From positions 17,312 to 81,311 of the forward strand of contig CAYFXC010000010.1 in the NCBI GenBank assembly GCA_964347045.1: a stretch of DNA of 64,000 bases, read 5' to 3'. The notes under the pieces are model-generated. The model saw only the letters and a program-made list of their open reading frames with translations. It searched no databases and was not told where the DNA came from. This DNA is from an uncultured archaeon (lineage in GTDB: Archaea > Asgardarchaeota > Hermodarchaeia > Hermodarchaeales > Hermodarchaeaceae). Position numbers and translations under genes: made by a program. Positions 20,225-30,012 of this stretch are shown piece by piece; positions within the stretch are counted from its first letter, which is position 1, and every line of letters begins with the position of its first letter.

Positions 20225-20755
20225 GTGCAATACATCATTTTCGGTTTCTGGCCAATTATTATAATCTTGATTAACATTATTTTGCTGGCGGTCTGTATTG
20301 TATGTGTAGCAGTCCAAGATAGACGTCATTCACGTCCCCGGGCTTATGTACGAGCAAGTGCACGAGATCCCTGGCAACCTGTCACCGAAATCCACGAAAA
20401 AGAGCCAATATGGGAACCCTCAGAATATCAGGTTGATGTTTTGGTGTGTACATGTGGAAAATGGAATCCTCCGCACGAGTCCGTTTGTTGGAATTGCAAC
20501 GCTTCCTTGATAGATGTACAAACTCAAACGTATCATTTTGAAACTGTTGAGAGATGTGCTGTCTGTGGTTATTGGGTATGGCCTGGTGAACAGTTAATTT
20601 TATGCCCATCATGTCATGCTCAAGGGCATCGAGTTCATATGCTGGAGTTTTTAAAAGCTAAAGGAATATGTCCGGTATGTAAGGTTAGAATGAGTTCACA
20701 TCAACTACTCGATGCTGAACCAAAGATACCGGACGATCCCTCAAGTATTTTTTAA
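20225..20755 (+). CDS. Membrane-anchored zinc finger plus RING-like protein
   Basis: N-terminal TM; CTCGKWN..CWNC finger; CAVC..CPSC....H..H...CPVC; GGAGG SD before GTG 20225. Confidence 0.75.
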   Translation: MQYIIFGFWPIIIILINIILLAVCIVCVAVQDRRHSRPRAYVRASARDPWQPVTEIHEKEPIWEPSEYQVDVLVCTCGKWNPPHESVCWNCNASLIDVQTQTYHFETVERCAVCGYWVWPGEQLILCPSCHAQGHRVHMLEFLKAKGICPVCKVRMSSHQLLDAEPKIPDDPSSIF

Positions 20756-20771
20756 AATAAATCAAGCAGAG

Positions 20772-21968
20772 CTAAAGAAAAATCGTTTTTGGCAACTTAG
20801 TAATGGTTCGGGCACCTTTCTTTGTCACAATTATATCATTTTCGATTCGAATTCCACCGACTTTCTTATAATAGAGGGCAGGTTCAACAGCGATAACGGC
20901 ACCCGGCCTAATCGGGGTAGGTCGAAGAGCAAGTTTAGGATATTCATGAACAGCGAGACCAATACCATGCCCCAAAGAATGTAACATACCTTCTGTAATC
21001 TCAGGTGTCCGGTTGGCAGAAGCATGACCATTTCGCTCAAACGAATCGACCATAACATTAACAAGCTCTTCTGCGGTTGCACCAGCTGTTACCGCATCAG
21101 TTACAGCATCCAATACTGATTCAACAGCCTCAAATAATTTCAGAGCTTCTTTAGAGACTTGCCCCCGAACGATAGTTCGTGTAATATCCGCATGATAACG
21201 TTCTTCGATTCGCCGGGGGAAAATATCGATAATGATAGGTTCGTTAGCATAGAGTAAATCATCGCGTAAACCAAGATAGTGAAAATCAGCACCCTTGCGT
21301 CCTGAGACAACAATTGAGTCCTCACTATTTTCCGAACCATTATCAACTAATGAATGTTCGATTTTCTGTTTAAGTCGTCCCACTGTAAGCGGTGCATTCT
21401 GAAAAAATAGCACCTTCTTAGAACCTATATCAGTATTCTGTAAAACCTCAACAACTTGTTTGAAGGTTGCTTCCGTCGCACGGCTTGCTTCTTCAATAGC
21501 TTTGATTTCCATATCATTCTTTGTTTCTCGAGCTTCAAAAAACAGATCTTGGACTGGTTGGATATTTACACCCAACTTTTGCATAAAATGAATATGAAGA
21601 GCATCTGTATCACGAGGAACACCCACCACACCATTCTCGGGAAGAAGGTTTTTCTCCAATTCAACCATTACTCGTTTGACATACTCATTAGATGATACGC
21701 GATCCTGAATAGATTTATTGAGGGTTGGACTGAGACTATAAAATTCCTTTTGAGGAGAATACCTTTTTGCGCGTTCACAAACCATATCTGGTGCCGCTAA
21801 AATTCCTGGCTGATTGAGTAATTTAACAAAGTACAAATCATCTACTGTAAGAAACCGACTCATATAGTAAAGATCAGGTTTCAATAGACTTTTACCTTGA
21901 AGATATAGAGCCTCAACTTCATATTTTTCCATTAAACCATCGATATCATCAAGCAATTTGGGATTCAC
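20772..21968 (-). CDS. Xaa-Pro aminopeptidase (M24)
   Basis: IIDIFP, ADITRT, HSLGHGIGLAVHE, EP, GIRIEND. Confidence 0.92.
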   Translation of the reverse strand: MNPKLLDDIDGLMEKYEVEALYLQGKSLLKPDLYYMSRFLTVDDLYFVKLLNQPGILAAPDMVCERAKRYSPQKEFYSLSPTLNKSIQDRVSSNEYVKRVMVELEKNLLPENGVVGVPRDTDALHIHFMQKLGVNIQPVQDLFFEARETKNDMEIKAIEEASRATEATFKQVVEVLQNTDIGSKKVLFFQNAPLTVGRLKQKIEHSLVDNGSENSEDSIVVSGRKGADFHYLGLRDDLLYANEPIIIDIFPRRIEERYHADITRTIVRGQVSKEALKLFEAVESVLDAVTDAVTAGATAEELVNVMVDSFERNGHASANRTPEITEGMLHSLGHGIGLAVHEYPKLALRPTPIRPGAVIAVEPALYYKKVGGIRIENDIIVTKKGARTITKLPKTIFL

Positions 21969-22193
21969 CTCTTGGCCCAGGTAATGATTGGTGGCGTTTT
22001 GTACAAGTTCACACCTTAAATCTTCTGATATTTCACGTTGAGCTTAAGTATGTGAATTTCACAGATTCTAGCGTATTGGCTTTTGCATAATACCTAAGTA
22101 CCCTTGGTCATGGGTGATGTGACTAGAATTCTGGTCACAATATTGCAGATAACATATCTGAACTGACCACACCAACACTTTACAGTGAAATAG

Positions 22194-23654
22194 ATGAATG
22201 ATGATCCTTCACCCACCAACACAGATGGTGCCTCATCTGGGGCACCAGTTGATCCCCTTCCAAGAGAAATAGAACCGGCCCCTGAGGTTCCACCACCAGA
22301 AAAAAGGGACAAACCGAAAAAAGGGTTCGCATCATCACTGAAATCCGTGCTCACCTATGGAAGTTATTCGGTGTATTTAGTTACGGCCTGGATACTGGGC
22401 GTATTTGGCATCATTATGCAAAGCTATCTGATGCTGTTTCTCAGAGATTATTTCGTGCTCTATATTCCCCAAATTGAACAGGTCTATATTTTCATCGGCT
22501 TCATTCTTCTGGGATATATGTCAGTAGAACTTGTGGTCAGATTCTTTGGTGGATACATTGGTGACAACTACAATCGTAAATGGCTCTCAGTTTTCACCAT
22601 GTTTTTCTCTGGAATAGCAATGCTTATCCTCGCGTTCAGCACCGGTCTCATTGGATTAATCGCAGGTTCATTAATTATTGCGGGTTCATCGATATTTTCA
22701 AGTGGTTCGACGAGCTATATTTACGAACAAATAGAACCCCAACATAGCGGACTCGCAATGGGTCTATTTCAAACTAGTAGTGGCTTTGGACTGATTGGAC
22801 TTGGATTGGTCACATGGTTACTTGCAACTAGCATCCCCTTTGTTATCACAATTCAGATTGTGTTCTTTATCGGCTCAATGTGCTATATGGCAGCGGCTGT
22901 AATCCGGGTGTTGTTTCTTGCTGAACCTCGACCAATTTTGCGGAAAGCTAAAGAAACCAACAGAGCCCGAGATTTTATCAAACAGAACTCCAACGCCCTC
23001 AAGCTAATTTGGGTAATCTTACCAGTTTTTTCAATTGTACTCATTCTTGATGCCCTAAGTGACGGTTTTTTCCGATTTGTAAGCACCTTCTACCTAAATG
23101 AGGCACTGGGCTTTTCAATCGGTGAAATTAGCATTATGCTAATATTTGTCTTGGCATTTTCCATCCCTCTTTCAGTTTGGGTGGGCTCTTTCTTTGATAG
23201 ACGCGGGAGCCGACGAGCGGTAATCGTGGTATATAGTGTGATGCCAATTACGCTTGTGTTACTCATCCTTGCCCCACTTTTCCCTTTTTGGCTTCCCATC
23301 ATTATTGCAGCACCTTTAATCTCAACTTATCCCATCCTTGAGCCACTATTTAGCACAGCGTTTCTAGCTTTGGCAATGAAAAATATAAACGATATTCTTT
23401 GGTGGACCCTTATTCTAACCTATCTTCGCAAGGCAATGCCACGATCTGAAACAGCAAAAATGATTAGCATCTTTTTCATTGTGATTTTCTTAGCTTTCCT
23501 TGTTACGCCCATTCCCTCAGGAATCATATACACAATTTATGGAGCGCTCCCAATACTAGGTCTTTCATTACTTTTCAATTTCATAATCCTTGGTATCTTG
23601 GTATTTGGTAAAGTTGAACCGAAACCAATTCCTGAAGAATATCAAAGCATGTGA
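22194..23654 (+). CDS. MFS transporter
   Basis: 12 TM; GYIGDNYNRK and FDRRGSRR loops. Confidence 0.85.
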   Translation: MNDDPSPTNTDGASSGAPVDPLPREIEPAPEVPPPEKRDKPKKGFASSLKSVLTYGSYSVYLVTAWILGVFGIIMQSYLMLFLRDYFVLYIPQIEQVYIFIGFILLGYMSVELVVRFFGGYIGDNYNRKWLSVFTMFFSGIAMLILAFSTGLIGLIAGSLIIAGSSIFSSGSTSYIYEQIEPQHSGLAMGLFQTSSGFGLIGLGLVTWLLATSIPFVITIQIVFFIGSMCYMAAAVIRVLFLAEPRPILRKAKETNRARDFIKQNSNALKLIWVILPVFSIVLILDALSDGFFRFVSTFYLNEALGFSIGEISIMLIFVLAFSIPLSVWVGSFFDRRGSRRAVIVVYSVMPITLVLLILAPLFPFWLPIIIAAPLISTYPILEPLFSTAFLALAMKNINDILWWTLILTYLRKAMPRSETAKMISIFFIVIFLAFLVTPIPSGIIYTIYGALPILGLSLLFNFIILGILVFGKVEPKPIPEEYQSM

Positions 23655-23686
23655 CTGCCAAAATTAGAGAGTAATCGAGACTAATC

Positions 23687-24931
23687 CTATGTATTCGATT
23701 CATGGACAAGAGGTAACATTAGAGCCGCAATTAGTGTTAGAAGAAGAGCTAGCCCAAACGTGTAACCTGGACCAAGAAAAACCCACAGGAATCCTGCGAT
23801 AACACTGGCAGGCAGTGCCGCTATTCCGATAAGCATTTGATAAAGCCCTAAGATGCTTGCGCGTACTTCAGTTGGTGATAGTTCGGAAACCAGAGATCGG
23901 GCCATGGGCACTGTTGCACCAATGCTTACGCCATAGAAAATAAGAGCAAACAAGACTGTCCAGAAATTAGGTGTAAAAAGGAAGATTGCACACATAGCCC
24001 CAAAGAAAATGAACCCAAGGAGCATCGTTTTGCGTCGTCCAATTTGGTCTCCTAGTTTTCCCAAGGGTGCAGATGTAAAAGCAGCTGCAAGTGTGAATAC
24101 GAAATATGCGATAGGAACACCTAGTATCGGATTGATAGCCGGAATAAGGAGGAACAAGCCTGCGTAAAGTGTAACGAGTGACCAACTGAAAGAGGCTAAC
24201 GCAAAGATTATACTAAGTGTCATGAAAATCGCTAGACTGCGATTAATTCCTCTCAGACGAAAAATTGGTTTTCCCGCTTCTTTGTGATAATCAGTGATTC
24301 TAATGATGATTATTAGAGCTCCAATTAAAGTGGGAATGGCAGCAAATAGGAAAAGTAATCTGAGGCTAGCAAGCAGATCAAATCCGAACACGATTGTCAA
24401 CCAAGGAACCGCAAAAGTGACAAAAGCTAATGTGATGAGGACACCCGCTGTCGCTCCCGTATGGTCAGCTGTTCGAAGAATCCCGAAGTTCTTACCACGT
24501 GTCTCATGAGTGGAAACATCAGCAACTATTGCATCTCGAGGAGCACCACGAACTTTCCCAGCACGATCCAAGATTTTTGCGGGGATAAGCCATTGCCATA
24601 TGGGGCTAAACGCATAAATAATTCTTGATGAAGCCCCCATAAAATATCCAGACCAGATGAAAGGCTTACGTTTTTGGATCTTATCGGATAAAAATCCAGA
24701 AAACCCTTTGGAAACATTAACGACAAAATCACCAATACCATCAACTAATCCAAGGATTAAAGGAGCAAGTCCGGGAGGAGCAAGAAGAGCAACGAAAACA
24801 GGCCAAATAGAAAAGACAATATCAGAGCCCATATCATTCAGAAATGATGCTGTTCCAAAGATTTGAACCACATGACGTTCATTAGGCAATTGACTAATGA
24901 AGTCTTCCCGAGTTTCTTTTTGATCGTTCAA
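23687..24931 (-). CDS. MFS transporter
   Basis: SFLNDMGSD, LSDKIQKRKP, RGAPRDA, GDQIGRRK. Confidence 0.9.
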   Translation of the reverse strand: MNDQKETREDFISQLPNERHVVQIFGTASFLNDMGSDIVFSIWPVFVALLAPPGLAPLILGLVDGIGDFVVNVSKGFSGFLSDKIQKRKPFIWSGYFMGASSRIIYAFSPIWQWLIPAKILDRAGKVRGAPRDAIVADVSTHETRGKNFGILRTADHTGATAGVLITLAFVTFAVPWLTIVFGFDLLASLRLLFLFAAIPTLIGALIIIIRITDYHKEAGKPIFRLRGINRSLAIFMTLSIIFALASFSWSLVTLYAGLFLLIPAINPILGVPIAYFVFTLAAAFTSAPLGKLGDQIGRRKTMLLGFIFFGAMCAIFLFTPNFWTVLFALIFYGVSIGATVPMARSLVSELSPTEVRASILGLYQMLIGIAALPASVIAGFLWVFLGPGYTFGLALLLTLIAALMLPLVHESNT

Positions 24932-25097
24932 TGTTACAGCTCCGGTGAGGAAGAGTATCCAACCATAACTTAAGGGCTGCTGGCTGGTTCGACGTGAACT
25001 CGAAACTTACACGCTGTGCAACTCCCAATAGCGTTTCCTCTGAATAAACGATAATTCGTCGTCCATCAGGTTCAAAGGTTATTTGTACTTCAGCCAA
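24894..25097 (-). pseudogene. N-terminal fragment of a 2Fe-2S/ASKHA (RACo/RamA-like) protein
   Basis: MAEVQITFEPDGRRIIV..ETLLGVAQR resembles a fer2 N-terminus, but the CGG.G.CG.C motif is absent and the frame runs into the MFS gene. Confidence 0.5.
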
Positions 25098-25257
25098 GAT
25101 CGTTGCACTCCATCCAAATAATTATTAGGAAGTTAGTATTTTTTTTCCATTACTTGACCATTGAAATTTTAAACAGTTATGTATATGTTATCATTGTAGA
25201 ATATAAAGGAAAAAGCACATACAGTAAATAGTCTTTATCCTAGAGGTGACATTTGAC

Positions 25258-25500
25258 TTGGCAGAATCTCCACCCCCTGAAATACCACCACCCTCGACTC
25301 CTCCAACACCACCACCGGCTGAACCGAAGCCTGAAGAAAAACCCCTTGCCCCGGATCAGTGTCCCCGTTGCCGAAGTGATGCAACCACAATTCTCCGAAA
25401 AGTGCCCATCGCCTACGGCCATGAAATCACACGAAAATGCGATAAATGCGGCAATATCTGGAAATATACTTCCAAGTTTGGCGCCGGTGCCTGGCCTTAG
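25258..25500 (+). CDS. Small Pro-rich zinc-ribbon protein
   Basis: GAGGTGA SD before TTG 25258; Pro-rich N-terminus; CPRC...CDKCG. Confidence 0.75.
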   Translation: MAESPPPEIPPPSTPPTPPPAEPKPEEKPLAPDQCPRCRSDATTILRKVPIAYGHEITRKCDKCGNIWKYTSKFGAGAWP

Positions 25501-25620
25501 ATCCATCCTAAATCTTCAAAGGGATTCGCAAGGGAACTATTCAAGATGCTATTACTTGACCTTGAGTGACAAAAACGAACAATAAGATCAAAAAGGTTTT
25601 TTTAAAAAAAACAATGGAAT

Positions 25621-25833
25621 TTAGGCTTTCTCAAAGCCATAACATGATGATTTGTCTGGGAGTACCAGAAAATTATTATTGCCAGTTTTGGCAAATGGAT
25701 TTACTGCAGTGCACATGCCGCTTTTTCGATCATAGTATTTACATTCGAGACAAATTGACTTAGTACTCATTTCATCAGGCATGATCCTCATTTTCAAAGG
25801 ATCAGTTTTGCGTGCTTTGGATTTTTTGCTCAT
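25621..25833 (-). CDS. Small 4-Cys metal-binding protein
   Basis: CLECKYY....GMC...SCYGFE; GGTGA SD before ATG 25833. Confidence 0.65.
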   Translation of the reverse strand: MSKKSKARKTDPLKMRIMPDEMSTKSICLECKYYDRKSGMCTAVNPFAKTGNNNFLVLPDKSSCYGFEKA

Positions 25834-26013
25834 AACACATTTCACCACATGAATTGTAATTCGAGTAGGGTTGAGAGTTAGCTAAAACCTTTTCCATCGC
25901 TGGACTTTCAAAAAAAGCTACATCCAAATAGAACCCCTTGTTAATGAGCTTAGTGTGGTGGATATGGCATGCGTGATCATCAACCATCTAAGTCATTTGA
26001 GAAAGAAGTAATA

Positions 26014-26493
26014 ATGGGACTTGTTTCACAAATCGCCCAGCGGATTAGCACTCAGAAGGCAACCTTGATGGTAGCTGAATCAGCAACCGGGGGGTTAATT
26101 CAACACCTTCTAACACAGATACCAGGAAGCTCGGAATTTTATCTAGGCGGTATTGTAGCCTATTCGAATGAACTCAAACATCGATTATTACAAGTCCCCA
26201 AAGCTACTATCAATAAGTATGGGGCTGTCAGTTCTGAAACAGTAGCAGCCATGGCCAACGGAGTGAGGTTATGGACAAAATCGGATTATGGACTTGCCGC
26301 TTCGGGAATAGCTGGTCCAACTGGAGGTACTTCAATAAAACCTGTTGGACTGGTGTTTGTGGCTGTTTCCCACCATTCCTTTGAAACGATAACCCAACAA
26401 CATAATTTCAGGGGAGACCGACAAAGCAACAAATTAAATTTTAGTCGAGTAGCTCTCCAACTATTACTAGAGAGCATCAGACATGAAGAATAG
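26014..26493 (+). CDS. CinA/PncC family NMN deamidase domain protein
   Basis: AESATGG, PGSS, YSNELK, GAVS, SGIAGPTGG, KPVGLV. Confidence 0.92.
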   Translation: MGLVSQIAQRISTQKATLMVAESATGGLIQHLLTQIPGSSEFYLGGIVAYSNELKHRLLQVPKATINKYGAVSSETVAAMANGVRLWTKSDYGLAASGIAGPTGGTSIKPVGLVFVAVSHHSFETITQQHNFRGDRQSNKLNFSRVALQLLLESIRHEE

Positions 26494-26556
26494 ATGCTTC
26501 CTAATCGTAATGACGGAAATCTCTTAAGGTGCTTCATATCAAGACACTTGAAAGTG

Positions 26557-27465
26557 ATGGCGCCTCCCTCTAGTTATCCCTATCATCTTGAGTCTCCAGT
26601 ATTTCGCCCACCCAGTGAAGCTAATAGCTTGATTTTACAAGCCACACTCGGCTGCTCTCATAATGCCTGCACATTTTGTGGAAGCTACAAGACGAAGCAA
26701 TTCAAAGTCAAACCGTTCGCCCAATTTAATAATGAAGTAGTACACCTTTCCCGAGATTATGAAATCAAACCGCAAAGAATTTTCCTTGCAGATGGAGATG
26801 CTCTCGTCCTTTCTACCCCTCAATTACTACAAATTCTAAACTTGCTAATTACAGAATTTCCCGATGTTAAACGAATTAGTATCTATGCCAGTGGGACTAA
26901 CGTTCAACAAAAATCCGATGAGGAACTTGCTCAAATTCGAAAAGCAGGCCTTGAGTTGATCTATATCGGCCTGGAATCGGGTGACGATGAGGTCCTACAA
27001 AAGATCAACAAAGGAATTACAAACAAAGAACATATTATTGCCTGTCGACGGTTATCTCAGGCGGGATTCACTTTGTCCCCAATTATCATTTTGGGGCTAG
27101 GTGGTAGAACCCTTAGCCACCAACATGCATTACAAACAGCAGCAACTATCAATGCTATCGATCCACCTTATTTGGCAGCATTGACACTTATGCTCGTGCC
27201 AGGAACAGAGCTTTATGCTCAAGCGAAACAAGGAAAATTTGAACCTCTTAATCCACTTGAAATCCTTCAAGAACTTCGGACCCTAATTAATCAACTAACA
27301 GACCTATCAAAGTGCGTGTTTAGAACCAATCATGCCTCGAATTATCTTGCTCTCCGAGGTGTACTATCACGTGACCGAAAAAAGCTTTTAGACATAATAG
27401 ATTCTGTGCTCTCAGATCCTGATGTCACGAGTCGGTTACGTCCTGAATATATTAGAGGTTTGTAG
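26557..27465 (+). CDS. Radical SAM protein
   Basis: RPPSEA, GCSHNACTFC, FLADGDA, GLESG, NHASNY. Confidence 0.92.
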   Translation: MAPPSSYPYHLESPVFRPPSEANSLILQATLGCSHNACTFCGSYKTKQFKVKPFAQFNNEVVHLSRDYEIKPQRIFLADGDALVLSTPQLLQILNLLITEFPDVKRISIYASGTNVQQKSDEELAQIRKAGLELIYIGLESGDDEVLQKINKGITNKEHIIACRRLSQAGFTLSPIIILGLGGRTLSHQHALQTAATINAIDPPYLAALTLMLVPGTELYAQAKQGKFEPLNPLEILQELRTLINQLTDLSKCVFRTNHASNYLALRGVLSRDRKKLLDIIDSVLSDPDVTSRLRPEYIRGL

Positions 27466-27525
27466 GAAAGGTTTAACTCAAGGAATAGAAAGCCTAGCGT
27501 AAACAGTATTTGGAGTCTGATTCGG

Positions 27526-27705
27526 ATGAGTCTCGATCCAGAAGATTACGACCCCCTTGATCGACTTGGTCCTCGCCCCACTCAACCAAAAGAAGTACCA
27601 CGAAAAATTGACGCTGATATCGTTGCATTACTCCGTCAAATCATTGTTCGTGTTGAACAATTAGAGAAAGATATGCGTCGAGTCAAAGAAATCCTAAAAA
27701 TCTAA
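27526..27705 (+). CDS. 59-aa coiled-coil protein (below ORF-track cutoff)
   Basis: MSLDPEDYDPLDRLGPRPTQPKEVPRKIDADIVALLRQIIVRVEQLEKDMRRVKEILKI; GGAG upstream; fills the intergenic gap. Confidence 0.7.
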   Translation: MSLDPEDYDPLDRLGPRPTQPKEVPRKIDADIVALLRQIIVRVEQLEKDMRRVKEILKI

Positions 27706-27711
27706 GTAAGT

Positions 27712-29667
27712 TTAGACAGCCTGTGACCTTCGTCGCCAGAAGATAATAAGAATAATTGATGCTACTACAACTATTCCAACACCACTGACAATTAAAAAGA
27801 GAATCGGAAAAGTGGGACTTATGGTAAGCAAAATAGTATCGGTTTCATATTGGCACAGAAGAAGCCGAGATGGGTCAAGAAAGAGTCTCAGAGGCATGTC
27901 AGCAGTTTCAACCTCAACCGTGAGTGTTGATGCTTCCAGTGGTTGATTTGACCACAATTCAATAAAATCACCTGACACGGTTTCAATGGATATCGGGATA
28001 TAAAGTGTTACAAGTGAAGATTGAAGTTGATGAATTTGGAAGGTTGTCGTCCAGCCGGTTCCACTAGGTTGCGTTGAAGCTGCTCCCAAACTGAGTGTTA
28101 CAACACCGCTTCCATATACCCAGGAATCAAAGAACCAATCCAGTGATTCCCCCACAATGTTTTCAAAGAATTGTTGTAGTGTTCGGGTTCGAATATTTTG
28201 ATGTTTGGCTTGCGAGTAGATATATTGCCATGCTTGATAGAAGGTTTCATTTCCAATTTGGTGACGGAGAAGATCATAGACTAAGGCACTTTTTGCATAG
28301 ACAATACGCCCGTAGGAAAACCAATCTGTGGTTTGCCAATAAGCCATTGATTGATTAACGATTTTGTCCCCTTCTACGCTGACGTATTCCCAATAGCGCT
28401 CCAAATCACCTAGACGATAATCAGCGCGTGCTGTCAATCCATAGACATGTTCGACCCAAACATATTCACAATACGATGCAAATCCTTCGTCGAGCCAAGG
28501 TTCAGTAAAGCTATCTGTCCCCAGAATGAAAGGTATCCATTCATGTCCAATTTCGTGAGCTGTTACTGAAGCGAGATATGACAAACCAGAAGGATTGTCA
28601 TAGAGACTTCTCCCAATCATAACTAATTGTGGATATTCCATTCCACCTGACCAAAAATCAACTTCTACTATGGCAAGGTTGTTCCAAGGGTAGAGTCCAA
28701 ATAAACGTCCAAAGATTTCCAGACATTCCTCAGCGACTTCAAGTACTCGCAGTCCTCCCTCAGCATGTTGTGGTGCATGGTAACTTGTGACATTCACACC
28801 ATTTGTAACAACACTTTCCGATTCATAGTGTGGACTCGCACACCAAGTGAAATCATTCACTGGTCCCGTTGTAAAATTCCATGTTCGAGTGGAGATGCCA
28901 GAGGTTATTGTCAGAAGTTGTCCTGTTGCAGCAATAATGAAATCATCGGGGACCGTTATCGAAACATCATAGATGGCAACGTCGCTGTAGAAACTCTCTC
29001 CCATGTAAGAGTAAGTGTTCGTATCCCAACCTCGCTCATCATAAACAGCAACAACAGGATGCCAATTGCCCATATTATAGGCCACAAAGTTGTAAGGTTC
29101 AGTACGATTGGTCCACCCAAATCGGTCAAATTGATTAGGGACCGTGATTTCCCAAACAATCGATAATGTCACATTGGCACCAGGACTTAATGCACCCGGA
29201 CCTGCACCACCGACAAGATCCACTTTCATGATGGTTAGATTAGAGCCCATAATGATATAATTAAGTGAATTACTATCATGGATAACATCGGTTACATCAA
29301 TCCAGCCATTAGGCCGGAATGCATTCGGATATAGATGAAAATATAATTCCGTTAGAATATCTTCTGCATGGTTCACATAGGTGATTGTCGATATTCCTGT
29401 TACGACGTGACTTGAATCGATGAGCAAAGCACTAATCGAATAGTTTGTAATAGGTGACGGAGCACCCATAGGAGCGCGATAGTCCAAAGTTGTTGCTTGA
29501 ACCTCATCATTTCTATTAATCAAGGGGGTTTGCTTTACACCAAGTTGAAGATCATAAGATTTTCCAAGGAAGGTAGCGGGAGTAATGATAGGTACCATTG
29601 CTGGAAAAATAAGAGAAGCAACGATTGCATACACAAGAATAAGCTCGAAAGCATCACGAAGTCGCAT
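27712..29667 (-). CDS. Membrane-anchored M1 family aminopeptidase
   Basis: Signal/TM, GGMEYP, HEIGHEW, WLDEGFASY, VYAK, C-terminal TM plus RRR. Confidence 0.92.
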   Translation of the reverse strand: MRLRDAFELILVYAIVASLIFPAMVPIITPATFLGKSYDLQLGVKQTPLINRNDEVQATTLDYRAPMGAPSPITNYSISALLIDSSHVVTGISTITYVNHAEDILTELYFHLYPNAFRPNGWIDVTDVIHDSNSLNYIIMGSNLTIMKVDLVGGAGPGALSPGANVTLSIVWEITVPNQFDRFGWTNRTEPYNFVAYNMGNWHPVVAVYDERGWDTNTYSYMGESFYSDVAIYDVSITVPDDFIIAATGQLLTITSGISTRTWNFTTGPVNDFTWCASPHYESESVVTNGVNVTSYHAPQHAEGGLRVLEVAEECLEIFGRLFGLYPWNNLAIVEVDFWSGGMEYPQLVMIGRSLYDNPSGLSYLASVTAHEIGHEWIPFILGTDSFTEPWLDEGFASYCEYVWVEHVYGLTARADYRLGDLERYWEYVSVEGDKIVNQSMAYWQTTDWFSYGRIVYAKSALVYDLLRHQIGNETFYQAWQYIYSQAKHQNIRTRTLQQFFENIVGESLDWFFDSWVYGSGVVTLSLGAASTQPSGTGWTTTFQIHQLQSSLVTLYIPISIETVSGDFIELWSNQPLEASTLTVEVETADMPLRLFLDPSRLLLCQYETDTILLTISPTFPILFLIVSGVGIVVVASIILIIFWRRRSQAV

Positions 29668-29775
29668 CTTTAGAGCAACCAACTTTTGTGAGCACTTGTA
29701 GAATAAAAGGGAAAAAGTATTCGAAGGGTGCAAATGCCCCCTTCATGGGAGTAAAAAACTTCTGATACAAGAATC

Positions 29776-29800
29776 AAAAAGTCTTCCTTCAGTGGAAGAT
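29776..29800 (-). terminator. Hairpin plus U-tract terminator of the feo operon
   Basis: Minus strand ATCTTCC-ACTGAA-GGAAGAC-TTTTT right after the stop codon. Confidence 0.6.
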
Positions 29801-29949
29801 TAAGCTTCTTCAGGAACATCTGGGAATTCGTAGCCACAACTTGGGCAAGCAATTGAACCACAGGCTTTAGCCATCATACAGCCTGCACAACCTGTTGCTT
29901 GTGCTTTTTCGAATGTCTGGCCACACATGGGGCATCGGTAATTTGTCAT
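29800..29949 (-). CDS. 49-aa Cys-rich FeoB-associated (FeoC-like) protein
   Basis: GGAGG SD; MTNYRCPMCGQTFEKAQATGCAGCMMAKACGSIACPSCGYEFPDVPEEA directly after feoB. Confidence 0.85.
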   Translation of the reverse strand: MTNYRCPMCGQTFEKAQATGCAGCMMAKACGSIACPSCGYEFPDVPEEA

Positions 29950-30012
29950 GTTTTTGTTCCTCCAACGCATATTTCAAATTATGAAATCTACCCAATAATC
30001 ACCTTTTGAAGC

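Noticed and set aside
26491-26496. TAG directly followed by in-frame ATG (pyrrolysine readthrough fusing CinA and radical SAM)
   Set aside because: CinA ends at its normal C-terminus, the radical SAM has its own start at 26557, and there is no other Pyl evidence.
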